Source: Parachlamydiales bacterium
Lineage (GTDB): Bacteria > Chlamydiota > Chlamydiia > Chlamydiales > Rhabdochlamydiaceae
Length of the DNA: 64,000 nucleotides
Reading direction: 5' to 3'
Assembly: GCA_963705295.1 (NCBI GenBank)
Contig: OY970065.1
Coordinates: 768,001-832,000, forward strand
Position 1 is the stretch's first letter; every line of letters begins with the position of its first letter. The notes under the pieces are model-generated. The model was not told where the DNA came from. It saw only the letters and a program-made list of their open reading frames with translations, and ran no database searches. Shown here in pieces: positions 10,195 to 21,000 of the stretch. Both the position numbers and the translations under genes were made by a program.

Positions 10195-13165
10195 TGGTGG
10201 GATCTTCAAGGATGAGGGGGAGGACATCGATGATGGAAGGGGCCCAGGAGAGGCCGCGGCGGTAGACGAGTCGTTGGCCGAGGAAGCAGGCGATGATGGC
10301 TTTTTTATGGACATCGGGGATTTCTTTGAGGATTCGTTCGGGGTAATGGCTGCGGAGGATGGGAGGACAGTAGTTGAGGAGAGCCTGGGTGAGTTCAGGA
10401 TTATCGAAGATGTTGAGAGGGGCTAGGTAGGATTGGAGTTCATCGGTATAGAGGTTGATCCTTTCGGAGATCCAGTCGGAGACATCGGTGAGGAAAGCTT
10501 GGCCATGAGCGGAGAGGAGGAGCTGGGCTTCATCGCGGGACCGGGCTTCGATGATCGAGAGGATATCTTCGACGAGGGACGTTTTTTCTTTGAGGAATTC
10601 TTCTTCGGTGAGGGTGAGGCCGGCGAGGACTTCGAAAGAGGAACAAATGACGCCACCTTTGTTGGCGGAGCTGTCTTTGATGACGATAACGCCGAGTTTT
10701 TCAAGGGCTCTGCGGGCACCTGGTGTGAGGTAGAGATTGCCTCCTTCGATGATCGCTTTGGAGGTCGGTTTCCCCGATTCGTCAAGGAAGTCTCGGTAGT
10801 TGTTTTCATTGAGGGTGCGGGGTCTCCCTCCGCCAGGGATAAAGACATCGGCTTTAACCGAGTGGACATGGGTGCGGAGAATATGATTCATTTCATTGCC
10901 CGAGATCCATTCTTCGACGACTTTCCCGTTTTGCTTTCGGAGGAGGAGGGTTTGTTGGGTGTAGGGGCCGGTTTCTCGCCGTTTTTTTGTATCGAGGAGA
11001 AAACCTCCTTCGTTTAATTTTTCTGCCGGATAAAATCGGATCGGTTTTTCTTGTTTGAAGAGTTCGGTGATCACCGCTAGATCGAGACCGATGGGATCAA
11101 AGATCGTTCCAGAGATATCGATTGTAGCGAGAAGTTTAGCAGTTTTGGGATAAAACCTGTAAAGATTGTACATCTGATTCCCTGCGACATCACCGTCAGG
11201 GCCACCGGTCATTTTCACGGTAAAACGGTCCATGTGAGGGTCGATACCGAGGAATTTGAGAACTTCTTCCATGTAGATGTTGACACCTCGAGAAGTCACT
11301 CCATATTCTTTGTGGTTGATGCCAGCGCCGGGTTTGCTCGACATGAACGAGCTGCCCGGTTTGTAGTGGGAGCTTTTGGCATAATTCGAGATCCAAACGA
11401 TCATCTCGTTGTGCATATTTTCATCAGGGCCAAGATAGATATATTCAGGCTTCTTGTAGTAATCGACGACATCCTTCGCTCGGAGAGTGCCGTCTGGTTC
11501 ACAGTTGATGAGCGTCATGAAACTTTCGATATACGACCGCTGCGATTGATGGAGGTATTCGAGTTTTTGCTCTTTGTGAAACGCTTGAAGTTTTTCTGTG
11601 ATATCGGGAAGCGATCTCTCTTCAAGTTCGTGTTTATAAATCTCTTCTTCGGGCATTAGACGTTCATACGGTTCCAAAAGAATGACTCCTTTGGCGCCCC
11701 CTTCAGGAATATCTTTGTTTTTTTTCTGTTGAGTGTAAGCGAGGTTATAACACTCGGAAAAAACATTATTTCGTTCTGCAAAAAACTGTTCAACACGGTC
11801 TGGGTAAACGGTTCGGAGGCCTCCGCGGGCCAAATCTCGAAATCGGATGTGGAATCCGATAAAATACATTCCTTTCATGAAAAAGATAGCAAAGGGGAGT
11901 TCTGGAAATTTCTCGACCCGGTTGTACGGAACATTTTCGAGATACCTTGGATCGAGGCGGAACGAAAAAGCGGTCTTATTTCTTCGATAAAAATTAGTTT
12001 TGAGGGTATTGTCAATGAAATTAAGACCTTGTTTGAGGATGTTTTTTCTCCGGATATCATTGGCTTCTTGCCCGGTATCGATTTTCTCGACGAGGGAGAG
12101 GAAATTATTTTTGGTTTGCAGGTATTGGTTCAGGTCATGTTTCTGAGGATGGAATTTTTCCTCAAAACCTTTGGTGAGCATCACGGTCAGTTCTGGATGG
12201 CGGCAAACTCCTTCTTCGATATGAGAAAAAGAGTAGAGGTTTGGGTCGGCATGGACAAGCACCTGGTGAATAAAGTGAACCATGGTCTTAATCAGATTGC
12301 CTAAATTCCCCCGGACGAGTTTAGTATCGACAAAGATCGCATCAATCACTTCTTGCCCAGGGAAATACTTGACCGTGACGAGTTCTTGCAAAAAGTCATC
12401 GATGTCGGCCCCACCATGGAGTCCGAGAGACATTAGTAGAATGTTGTGATCGACGTAGGTCGCGGCCATTCTTTTCAAGGCGAGGCCATGCCGGTGGATC
12501 ACGGTGGCAAGGCGGTATAAGAAATTGTATTGGGGGACATTCTTCCAAGCTAAAACAATTTGAAGGGAGGGAGACTCTTCATTTTTGACAATTTCATATT
12601 GGCAAGCATCGAGAAGTTTTGCCCTGAAAAAAACATCGAAGGCTAAAATGAGCCGATCTTTAGCGAGTGACCTTAAGAACCGGCCATTCAGGCTACTTAG
12701 TAATTTTCTAAACTCGGTTTCTGTGACTTCCGGATTGCGGGTTTTGACCTGGTTGTAAATCTCGTTGATTTTCTCTTCGGGTAATGGTTCTTTTTCCTCG
12801 TCTTTGAAGAAAATGACACCCACTCTTAGAAAAGCTGCAACATCCCGGAAAGGAGGAGGAGAATTGGAGACGAATGTCCGGTAATTTTTAATGGGCCTGC
12901 TCCGATAGTGTCTTAAGATTCTCAAATCGGCATCGGGACTATCGAGACAAAGGGCAATCCCTTTATTTTTGAGATGGATATGGGAAAAAAAATCTTGAGC
13001 ATCGAGGTCCATCAAACTGTGGGCAACGAAAACCACCGTTTCCGCATCGGCATCTTCAAAAAAACTGGGCGGCATATGGTTTTGCACCCAGGTATAAAAC
13101 TGCTCGAATTTTTTACTTTCTCGCTCGACTGCTTCTTGGAGCTCTTTTTTCCCGACAGGTGCCAT
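10181..13165 (-). CDS. gdhB: Large NAD-dependent glutamate dehydrogenase
   Basis: GFHIRFRDLARGGLR, KNKDIPEGGAKG, GPDEN, GGPDGDVAGN, SANKGGVICSSFE. Confidence 0.92.
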   Translation of the reverse strand: MAPVGKKELQEAVERESKKFEQFYTWVQNHMPPSFFEDADAETVVFVAHSLMDLDAQDFFSHIHLKNKGIALCLDSPDADLRILRHYRSRPIKNYRTFVSNSPPPFRDVAAFLRVGVIFFKDEEKEPLPEEKINEIYNQVKTRNPEVTETEFRKLLSSLNGRFLRSLAKDRLILAFDVFFRAKLLDACQYEIVKNEESPSLQIVLAWKNVPQYNFLYRLATVIHRHGLALKRMAATYVDHNILLMSLGLHGGADIDDFLQELVTVKYFPGQEVIDAIFVDTKLVRGNLGNLIKTMVHFIHQVLVHADPNLYSFSHIEEGVCRHPELTVMLTKGFEEKFHPQKHDLNQYLQTKNNFLSLVEKIDTGQEANDIRRKNILKQGLNFIDNTLKTNFYRRNKTAFSFRLDPRYLENVPYNRVEKFPELPFAIFFMKGMYFIGFHIRFRDLARGGLRTVYPDRVEQFFAERNNVFSECYNLAYTQQKKNKDIPEGGAKGVILLEPYERLMPEEEIYKHELEERSLPDITEKLQAFHKEQKLEYLHQSQRSYIESFMTLINCEPDGTLRAKDVVDYYKKPEYIYLGPDENMHNEMIVWISNYAKSSHYKPGSSFMSSKPGAGINHKEYGVTSRGVNIYMEEVLKFLGIDPHMDRFTVKMTGGPDGDVAGNQMYNLYRFYPKTAKLLATIDISGTIFDPIGLDLAVITELFKQEKPIRFYPAEKLNEGGFLLDTKKRRETGPYTQQTLLLRKQNGKVVEEWISGNEMNHILRTHVHSVKADVFIPGGGRPRTLNENNYRDFLDESGKPTSKAIIEGGNLYLTPGARRALEKLGVIVIKDSSANKGGVICSSFEVLAGLTLTEEEFLKEKTSLVEDILSIIEARSRDEAQLLLSAHGQAFLTDVSDWISERINLYTDELQSYLAPLNIFDNPELTQALLNYCPPILRSHYPERILKEIPDVHKKAIIACFLGQRLVYRRGLSWAPSIIDVLPLILEDPTITGP

Positions 13166-13215
13166 ATCTCCTATCTAGAGAAGAATGACTATTTTTTCCA
13201 GAGAATGAAGATTTT

Positions 13216-13290
13216 ACCACAGAGACACAGAGAAAGATGAGGCAGGAGGAGGTTCTCTTCTTATCTCATCCTCCTCTGTGTCTCTGTGGT
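13216..13290. repeat. REP-like palindrome, copy 1
   Basis: ACCACAGAGACACAGAG...CTCTGTGTCTCTGTGGT 17-bp inverted repeat; related copy at 58168. Confidence 0.8.
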
Positions 13291-13307
13291 TCCTCCTAAC
13301 CTACCTT

Positions 13308-14081
13308 TTATGCTTTCATGCGTATAGCCATGACGACGGGTCCATAATTTGGATCGATATCATGGGCAAGTCTGGCTTGGTGATGAAAGAGCATGAGATG
13401 TTCGAGATTCGACCGGGTCTGGTGGACAAAGATATGACACAAGCTGGATAAATGAACCAAGTTTGAAGCGAGCATGTCGAGATCATTCCCTTCGATATGG
13501 AGCCGTTGTAGGTGTTTTAATTTATCAAGATCAGGAGGAAGTTTTGTCAACTTGTTATACGAGACATCGATTCCTACGAGACCGGAAAGTTTGGTGAGAT
13601 TACAGGGAAGACTTGTTAACCGATTGTGAGAGAGGTCGAGATCTTTGAGCTGGAGAAGTTCAGGAAGAGGGAACTCTTCGAATTGATTATGGGATAAATA
13701 GAGTTCTTCTAAAGAGAGTGGAATGGAGACAGATTTTAATTGGTTATGAGAAAGAAAAAGGCTTCGGAGCTTGGAGAGCTCTGCTATTTCCGGAGGGAGC
13801 TCTGAGAGGTGATTTTTTGAGAGGTCGAGATCGCGGAGGTGATGAAGCTGTCCAATTTCAGGTGGAAGAGAGGTCAAGTTTTTAGATGTTAAATCGAGCT
13901 GGGTCACCTGCTCTAATTGCCGAGCATGGACCTTAATCCAGTCTGAAAAGCTCCCTTCCATTTTAGTGGGAACTTCGATGGCTTCGGCTAAGGCTTGCCA
14001 AACGGCTTTAATGTCAGAGTTTTCTTGTCCCTCTGAAGTGAAAAGTGTGGGTGGGTTTGTGTAACAAATCCTTGTTGTCAT
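13308..14081 (-). CDS. Leucine-rich repeat protein (effector candidate)
   Basis: Repeated LxxLDLSxNxLxxLPPEI units; start set at the ATG with GGAG SD. Confidence 0.9.
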   Translation of the reverse strand: MTTRICYTNPPTLFTSEGQENSDIKAVWQALAEAIEVPTKMEGSFSDWIKVHARQLEQVTQLDLTSKNLTSLPPEIGQLHHLRDLDLSKNHLSELPPEIAELSKLRSLFLSHNQLKSVSIPLSLEELYLSHNQFEEFPLPELLQLKDLDLSHNRLTSLPCNLTKLSGLVGIDVSYNKLTKLPPDLDKLKHLQRLHIEGNDLDMLASNLVHLSSLCHIFVHQTRSNLEHLMLFHHQARLAHDIDPNYGPVVMAIRMKA

Positions 14082-14147
14082 AAAGATCTCCTTTTGATCA
14101 TAGAATCTATAACAACGGATATTTTTGATCAAATACTGATTTTTATT

Positions 14148-14657
14148 TCAGTTATTGAAATTTGGAGGCTCGTCGACAGGGATGACTGGAACGAATTCGG
14201 AGACATTGGGTTTTTTAAAACCCAAGGAAAAATCTTTATCCGTCGCGGGGACCCAGGTTCTACTTTGGCCAAAGAACATGAGTTTTCCTCGGAGGATCAA
14301 GTTCCCATTTTCTATCCAGACTTCTGCGTTATAGACATTCCCCTTTTCTGGATCGACGACTTTTCCTTTATATCTCGACCCAAAATCTTGGAGATCCCAG
14401 ACAAGATCGAGCCCGCAATAATACGGATGACCCGGAAGCCCCGGTGCTCGTTCTTTGGGATCGTAAATTGTTTCTTTAATTTTCCCGTCTTTGTCATAGG
14501 TCGCCACAATCCTTCCATAGTACAACCCTTTATAAGGGTATATGGCCACCATGCATTCTGGTTTTTTCGTATCATTGTTCAGACTTTTCCAAAATCCATC
14601 GATTTTCTCAGCCAATAACGAAGAACAGAACAGGAGGGCAAAAACCAAATATTTCAT
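14148..14657 (-). CDS. DUF2147-family exported protein
   Basis: Signal peptide; IDGFWKS, GKVVDPEKGNVY, LILRG..FGQSRTW. Confidence 0.85.
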   Translation of the reverse strand: MKYLVFALLFCSSLLAEKIDGFWKSLNNDTKKPECMVAIYPYKGLYYGRIVATYDKDGKIKETIYDPKERAPGLPGHPYYCGLDLVWDLQDFGSRYKGKVVDPEKGNVYNAEVWIENGNLILRGKLMFFGQSRTWVPATDKDFSLGFKKPNVSEFVPVIPVDEPPNFNN

Positions 14658-14789
14658 ACAATTCTCTCATTCCAGGCTCTCAAAATATTGTCAACAATTT
14701 ATTTTAAAACTGTAATATAAGTATCTTATTTTCATTAATCTATATTATGCTATTACTTTTTTAAATAAAATGTTATAATTATTTCCCTA

Positions 14790-17700
14790 ATGAGTATTTT
14801 TTTTAACATTTATAGATCTTTTTATCCAGCAACTCCAACCCATGTTGAGCCGCCTCCTGCTGCTCCTATTGAGCAAGATCCGGAAGAGCAAGAATGGGCT
14901 CGAAAGCTAGGCAATCGAGATTTTCTCCTCGAAGAGAATGAGGAAGGATATCTTGGCTATATCAGAGATGAAAATGAGGTTTATCAATTTAGGATCCTAA
15001 TCTCTGAGCCTCCCGACGCCTTTTCCGGTGCCTTGAGGTACATTTCAGAAGATAAAAAATTCACGGAGAAAGGAAAAAAATCAGTTCCTGGGTGGGCTAG
15101 GGATGTCTTGAGCGGCATTAAAGATACACGTTATCGTCATTTTTCAAATACCTGTCCCCACATATATGAAATCAAGATAGATTTTAATTTAAGTCGAAGG
15201 CAGCTCAAACCATTTGTTCTTGAGGAGAGAAATTGGTTTTTAATGAGCCTATGCGATGATGGTATAAATCCTCAAAGATATCAAAAATTGCGAGAAGTCT
15301 TTGCAGAAGTTCAAAAGACAGACCAACCTCTTCTCAACCGTCTCTTTAAGGAATTTGGCATATTACCGTATCGCAGGAGGAGATGCTGGGGGTTTTATTT
15401 CAACTCCACACTTACCTCTAATTGGAATGTCGGATCTTTAATACTTCCGTATATTACTTTTGAAGAGAGAGCCGTGGCTAATTTTGCCATGCAATATGCT
15501 GTGATCATGAATGATCCAAATCTCGCGGAGAAATGTCTCAGGCTCCATCCAGATTTGATTCAAGATGACTCATTTCTCTTTTATGCAATGAGTGAAGGTA
15601 GTATTGACACGGTCTTCACACTCATCGAAAGTGGAATGAAGGTCAACCATGAAAATGTCTCTCCTTTTCTCGTCTTGATAGGGTTTTTGAAGCGGCTTGC
15701 TGAACCACTCAAGCCAGAAGAAGATGCCCGTTTATCTCAGTTAGTACAGCTTCTCCTAAATAAAGGTGCTTTGATCGATAACCAAATCGATACCAGTGTT
15801 AGTGGAGAAACTTCTCTGTCGGTGGTCGAAGATAGTTACTTTTATCGAGGAAACAATATTTGTTTGGTTCAGCGTATGTGTAAAATCTTGCTTTCCCGTG
15901 GAGCTAAAATCACACCCCGCATGTCAGCCGATATGAAGCTTCAGATGAAGGAGACAAAAGATCAAGAATTCCTCCCATTTCTCAAAGAGCAAGGGCTGAT
16001 TACAGATGAAGAAGTGAAGATTCTCTGTGCTGAAAAAACAGCGACAAGGGATGGAATAGAGCTGGCCGGGGAGGCTATAACCTCCAATCTTTTTCTAGAA
16101 AAAGAGCTTTTGAGATGCCATTTGAATCTTCAGCTCATTCCCATCGAAACTATAGCGAAAACGCGCCGTTTGAAAAAGGAAATCAAGCTCTATTTGGAAA
16201 GCCATACAGAAACATCTTTGCAGCCGCACTATGAAAAACTGAAAGACCATTATAGAAGGCTGGCTCAGCATCACTTTCTTCTCCGTGAACTCCGTTCCTT
16301 GCGCAGAGAGCAGCCAACTTCGACGAGACTTGCCCGTTTTTACTCTCTTTTTGGACCCGAAAATACGTATGACATCCGCCGTGCACAAGAGAGGATTATG
16401 GTTTTATTTTCACCAGCAGGTAAAGGTTATTGGAATACCATGGTTGAAAGGGTTTTTGGTGCGGCAAAAGAACTAGAATCAAATCCATTTTTCAAAAACC
16501 ATTTTCTGGTGTGGGTTCATGGGACGAAATCTTCCATCCTTTCAACTCTTTTAAAGGTCGAGAGATTAGAAGCTCTGGGGGTCATTCTCGAAAAAGGATA
16601 TGTCCCATTCAGTGGTGAAATCTGCGGATCAGAGACCGGCTGCAATAGAGAACATATCTCTGGGGAAAAGCTGTGTACGCATTGGCTAGAAGAAGGTTTG
16701 AATTTTTATTTTGATGCAAGTACCCGGTTTCTCATCACCTTATTGTACGCATTAAAGAAAACAGGGTACCGTTCCAATGAAAAGGAGTTCGATCCCAAAA
16801 TAGCCTGGGAGAGGGTTTCCGTAACATTTCTTGAGAAACTCGTGCAATTGCAGGATTCAGGCAATGCATGGTCAGTGGTTCACGTTGATATTTTACGCCT
16901 TCGCTTAACAGACCCTGAGGCAGATCAGAAGCTGCTCGGTTTCAAGCAGGCCGTGGAAGCTAAAAGGAGTTCTACTCCCAATCCCGAACTCAGAGAAAAA
17001 CTTGAGGGGTTGCGGGTGGCTTTAACACGGCCTCTTGCCTTCTCCCTTTCTGCCGAAGACCTGAAATATGTCAGAAATCCTTTCCCGATTGTTTTTGGTT
17101 CGACGACGGTGGAGTCAACTCCGTTTCGTAGCTCTTATTATCCTCTTGAGTTTCAAGTCAAAGGAAGTCCTAAGCTGGGAGACGATATTCAAGTCGCATT
17201 CACATTGCAGGAAAAAGTGAAAGAACTGCAGCAGGTGCTCCAGAGATTCCAAATGCAAGTCTTTCCGTTTGACACGGCTATGTATCTGGAATTTATGCAG
17301 ATGGCTCGAGGATCTCTTCATAAAGAATGGGAGAAGGTCGGAACCCACCACCATATCGCCATGACGCTCCAACACGATATTCTTCCGGCTTATGCAACCC
17401 CATTTCCTGAAAATCCCGGAAGTTCTTTCTATGGTCATGGAATACCATCGTATGCAGAGTACCGAAAACGTGTTGAAGAGGGACGGATCCTTCCTCGATC
17501 AATCCACGGACCGATGCACGCTACGCGGACCGCTATTTGGACACAGTTGCTGGCTTCCCTTTATGATTATCAAGAGAGATATCTCATCGGTGTTGCCGGC
17601 GCTGCGCACGATTGGAGACGGGAAGATGAAGGGATCGATCGTTGGGATCTTGCGAGTGCGCAAGCTTTAAGAGGGTACCTTCTCGCTCGAGGGTACTTGG

Positions 17701-18092
17701 CCCATGAAATAGACCCCTTTGTTCATGCTATTGCAGAAAAAGATCCCAAAGAAAAATGTACAACACCTGAGCAGATCATCATCCACAATGCTGACGTTTT
17801 AGACATCAAGCGGTGTGTCCGTGATTTTCGCAAAAGCGAGCTTGTAGGACCGCCTATACCAGATGAAATTATTGCCGAAGTAGGGCTCTTCATCCAGATC
17901 ACTGAAAATCCCGAACTCAAGGCCCATTTAGAGCACCACAGTGAAGACTGCTTTGGCGATCTCCTCCGGATCATGAAAGCCGTACATGATCAAAGACGGT
18001 GTTTCCCTCATCTCATGAAACATCTCGCAGAGACGATGTCCCCTTTTGTTGATAAACCGCTAGACGATTCCATATTAAAATTATGTCAGTAG
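14790..18092 (+). CDS. Ankyrin + ART-like + HD/SidE-PDE-like multidomain effector candidate, paralog 1
   Basis: Ankyrin-like units (FLFYAMSEGSIDTVFTLIESG, LLLNKGA, GETSL, LLSRGA); WVHGTKSS..PFSGE..LLYA..PLEFQV; RSIHGPMHATR..AHDWRREDEG..HNADVLDIKR. Confidence 0.75.
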   Translation: MSIFFNIYRSFYPATPTHVEPPPAAPIEQDPEEQEWARKLGNRDFLLEENEEGYLGYIRDENEVYQFRILISEPPDAFSGALRYISEDKKFTEKGKKSVPGWARDVLSGIKDTRYRHFSNTCPHIYEIKIDFNLSRRQLKPFVLEERNWFLMSLCDDGINPQRYQKLREVFAEVQKTDQPLLNRLFKEFGILPYRRRRCWGFYFNSTLTSNWNVGSLILPYITFEERAVANFAMQYAVIMNDPNLAEKCLRLHPDLIQDDSFLFYAMSEGSIDTVFTLIESGMKVNHENVSPFLVLIGFLKRLAEPLKPEEDARLSQLVQLLLNKGALIDNQIDTSVSGETSLSVVEDSYFYRGNNICLVQRMCKILLSRGAKITPRMSADMKLQMKETKDQEFLPFLKEQGLITDEEVKILCAEKTATRDGIELAGEAITSNLFLEKELLRCHLNLQLIPIETIAKTRRLKKEIKLYLESHTETSLQPHYEKLKDHYRRLAQHHFLLRELRSLRREQPTSTRLARFYSLFGPENTYDIRRAQERIMVLFSPAGKGYWNTMVERVFGAAKELESNPFFKNHFLVWVHGTKSSILSTLLKVERLEALGVILEKGYVPFSGEICGSETGCNREHISGEKLCTHWLEEGLNFYFDASTRFLITLLYALKKTGYRSNEKEFDPKIAWERVSVTFLEKLVQLQDSGNAWSVVHVDILRLRLTDPEADQKLLGFKQAVEAKRSSTPNPELREKLEGLRVALTRPLAFSLSAEDLKYVRNPFPIVFGSTTVESTPFRSSYYPLEFQVKGSPKLGDDIQVAFTLQEKVKELQQVLQRFQMQVFPFDTAMYLEFMQMARGSLHKEWEKVGTHHHIAMTLQHDILPAYATPFPENPGSSFYGHGIPSYAEYRKRVEEGRILPRSIHGPMHATRTAIWTQLLASLYDYQERYLIGVAGAAHDWRREDEGIDRWDLASAQALRGYLLARGYLAHEIDPFVHAIAEKDPKEKCTTPEQIIIHNADVLDIKRCVRDFRKSELVGPPIPDEIIAEVGLFIQITENPELKAHLEHHSEDCFGDLLRIMKAVHDQRRCFPHLMKHLAETMSPFVDKPLDDSILKLCQ
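17425..18026 (+). repeat. ~600-bp near-identical segment A (HD/PDE coding region)
   Basis: Colinear with 20625..21226 at an exact 3200-bp offset, with long identical runs. Confidence 0.9.
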
Positions 18093-21000
18093 TTGCACCA
18101 ACCTCCCGTTCACCCTCCTCCCCGCCTCTTTTCATAAGACACCGACCTGCACGCCCCGTTTCAATGGATGAAGAAGAGCAGCAGTGGGCTAAAGAATTAG
18201 GGGATGGAGAATTTCTTTTAAAGGATATAGGTGAAACAGGTTATATCGAGGTTGAAGGGGAAATCTATGCTTTTAATATTTCTTCCTTTCATTTCCCCAA
18301 TGGTTGCCTTTCGGAAGAAGGTAGGAGGCATGTACGGAGTGTAGTAGAGGAAAAGATTCATCACTTGAATCGGTGTATAGATCCTTTTTTTGATCGTACT
18401 TCAACAGAGAGAATTGATTTTAATTTTAGCAGAAGGCAGCTAAAGAGTTTTTTCCAAAAAAAGAAATTTAATTATCTAACCGGTTTTGTTAGACACAGCC
18501 AGCACGAAACCAAATACCAGAAATTGAGAGATGTGATTGAAGAACTTAAAGCAACCGATCAATTACTTCTCAATGAACTTTTCAAAGATTGCCGTGTCTC
18601 AACTTTCTATACGAATAGGTCTTTCAACAGAGTTCTTTCACATAATGGCGATTTAGGGTCTATCTTACTTCCGTATATTACTCATGAAGAAAAAGAAGTT
18701 GCTGCAATCGCAATGGAATTCGCTGTTTTCATGAATTTGCCTAAATATGTTCATGAAATTCTCCGTCGTCATCCAGATTTAATTCAAAATTCTTCCTTGC
18801 TTTTCAGTGCCGTTCGACTGAGCTCTATCACAGTTGCTCTTCTCCTCATATGCAAAGGAATCGCAATAAACCATGAAGGCGTGTCTCCTTTCCTTGTTCT
18901 ACTGCCTTTAGTTAGAGAGACCCAGACTTTTACGGCAGAGGGCAAAGAACTCTTGCTCCTGTTCACTCAACTTCTTCTAGATAAAGGGGCGCTTCTCGAT
19001 CATACCTACGACGTTGCCTTGATTGGGGAGACGGCTCTTACACTTGTGGAAGAGAATTATTTTTACAGAGGACCTAACCGTGATCTCGTTCAGGAGATTT
19101 GTATCCTTTTAATTCGTCGAGGAGCAGCAATGACTCACCGGATGGCGTTGGATATAAAACTGCGACTCCAAGAGAATCGGGAATATCTTCCCTATCTTAA
19201 AGCTCAACATCTGATTTCCGATGAAGAAGAGCGGATCTTTAATTCTGAAAAGGGAAAAGTTCGTGATGAGTCTGAACTTGCACGCGAAGCTCTCATAGCA
19301 AATCTATTTCTGGAAAATCATTCATTAATTCCGATCGATACCATTGTGCGGATAAGACGTCTGAAAAAAGAGATCAAAAGACAGCATTCTGATCAATACA
19401 CTAGATTGAAACAGAACTTTAGAAACTTAATTGCCCGTCATCCGCTACTACGGGAACTATCTGAGATCCGAAAGCAAGATTTAATTCGGACGCAACCTAC
19501 TTATCGGCTTATCCGTTTATATGCCCTGTTTATGGCAGAAAATAAATATGATACGCTGCATTGCAGAGAGAATGCTAAGGTTCTACTTTCACCCGATCGA
19601 AAAATCTATTGGAATCAGCTTGTCGAAAGAGTTTTTGCAGCTGCAAAAATCATAGAAGAGGATGATTTTTTAACAAAACACTTTATAGTTTGGTTGCATG
19701 GAACCAAGTCTTCTACACTTCCTGTTCTTTTAAAAACGGGAGCACTTTACCCCCTTGGTAAGATTCTTCAGGAGGGTTTTGCTCCTCTCTGTGGAGAAAT
19801 TTTTTCGGAAGGGAAAGTCAATCAAGACCATATTTCTGGGGAAAAATTTTCCTGGAACTTCAGTGAGGATTATTATTATTTTGATGCAGCGACAAGGTTC
19901 CTGGTCACACTACTGTATGCCTTAAGAAAAAACAGTGTATATTCTAATGAAATGGATTTTGATCCTACGAAAACAGCAGCAAGACTTACTGAATCGTTTT
20001 TAGAGGAGATTATCCAGAATAAAGCACATATCAATGCTTGGACTGTCATACGGGTAGATATTCTACGATTGAAAATGACCGATAAAGAGGCTGAGCAAAA
20101 ACTAGTTAAATTTAAAGAAGCCGTCCAAGTTCGGTTGAATAGAGGGAACCCGCATCGAGAAAAACTTGAGACCCTCATGAAAGATTTAGATGTGCAGGTT
20201 CCTCATATTCTATCTTCAGAGGAATTGGAGCAGATCAGAGACAGTTATCCCATCGTATTTGGTTCAACGACCGTTGAAACAGTTCCTATACCAAGTGTGA
20301 TACGTCTTCAAGAATTCGACGTTCAAGGAAGCGCTCAGCTTGGAACAGATGTTCAAGTCGCTTTCACACTCTCTGAAAAAGTTGAAGAACTTAAAAAATT
20401 ACTCAGTCGCTTTGGTATGCATGTCTATCCCCTGAGCGTGGCTTCGTATTTAGAATTCATGCAGATGGCTCGAGGATCACTTCACCTTGAATGGGAGAAG
20501 CTTAGAGTCGAGCAACATATCGGCAAGACGTTGCAACACGATATTCTTCCAGCCTATGTAACCCCATTTCCTGAAAAAGGCACCTATGAGAATCATGAAG
20601 GGAAGACAGAGCCCCTGCGAAATCCTTTCTATGGTCACGGGATTTCATCGTATGCAGAGTACCGAAAACTTGTAGAAGAGGGACGGATCCTGCCTCGAAC
20701 AATCCATGGACCCATGCACGCTACACGAACAGCCATTTGGACACAGCTGCTGGCTTCCCTTTATGATTATAAAGAGAGATATCTCATCGCTATAGCCGGC
20801 GCTGCGCACGATTGGAGAAGGGAAGATGAAGGGGTCGATCGTTGGGATCTTGCAAGTGCGCAAGCCTTAAGAGGGTACCTTCTCGCTCGAGGGTACTTGG
20901 CTAATGAAATAGATCGTTTTGTGAAGGCCATTGCGGAAAAAGATCCAAAAGAAAAATGCACAACACCCGAACAGATCATGATCCACAATGCCGACGTTTT

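Noticed and set aside
10181..13165. Functional link between NAD-GDH and the nearby ART-like proteins (a Legionella ART targets GDH)
   Set aside because: Proximity only; opposite strands, intervening genes and no motif support
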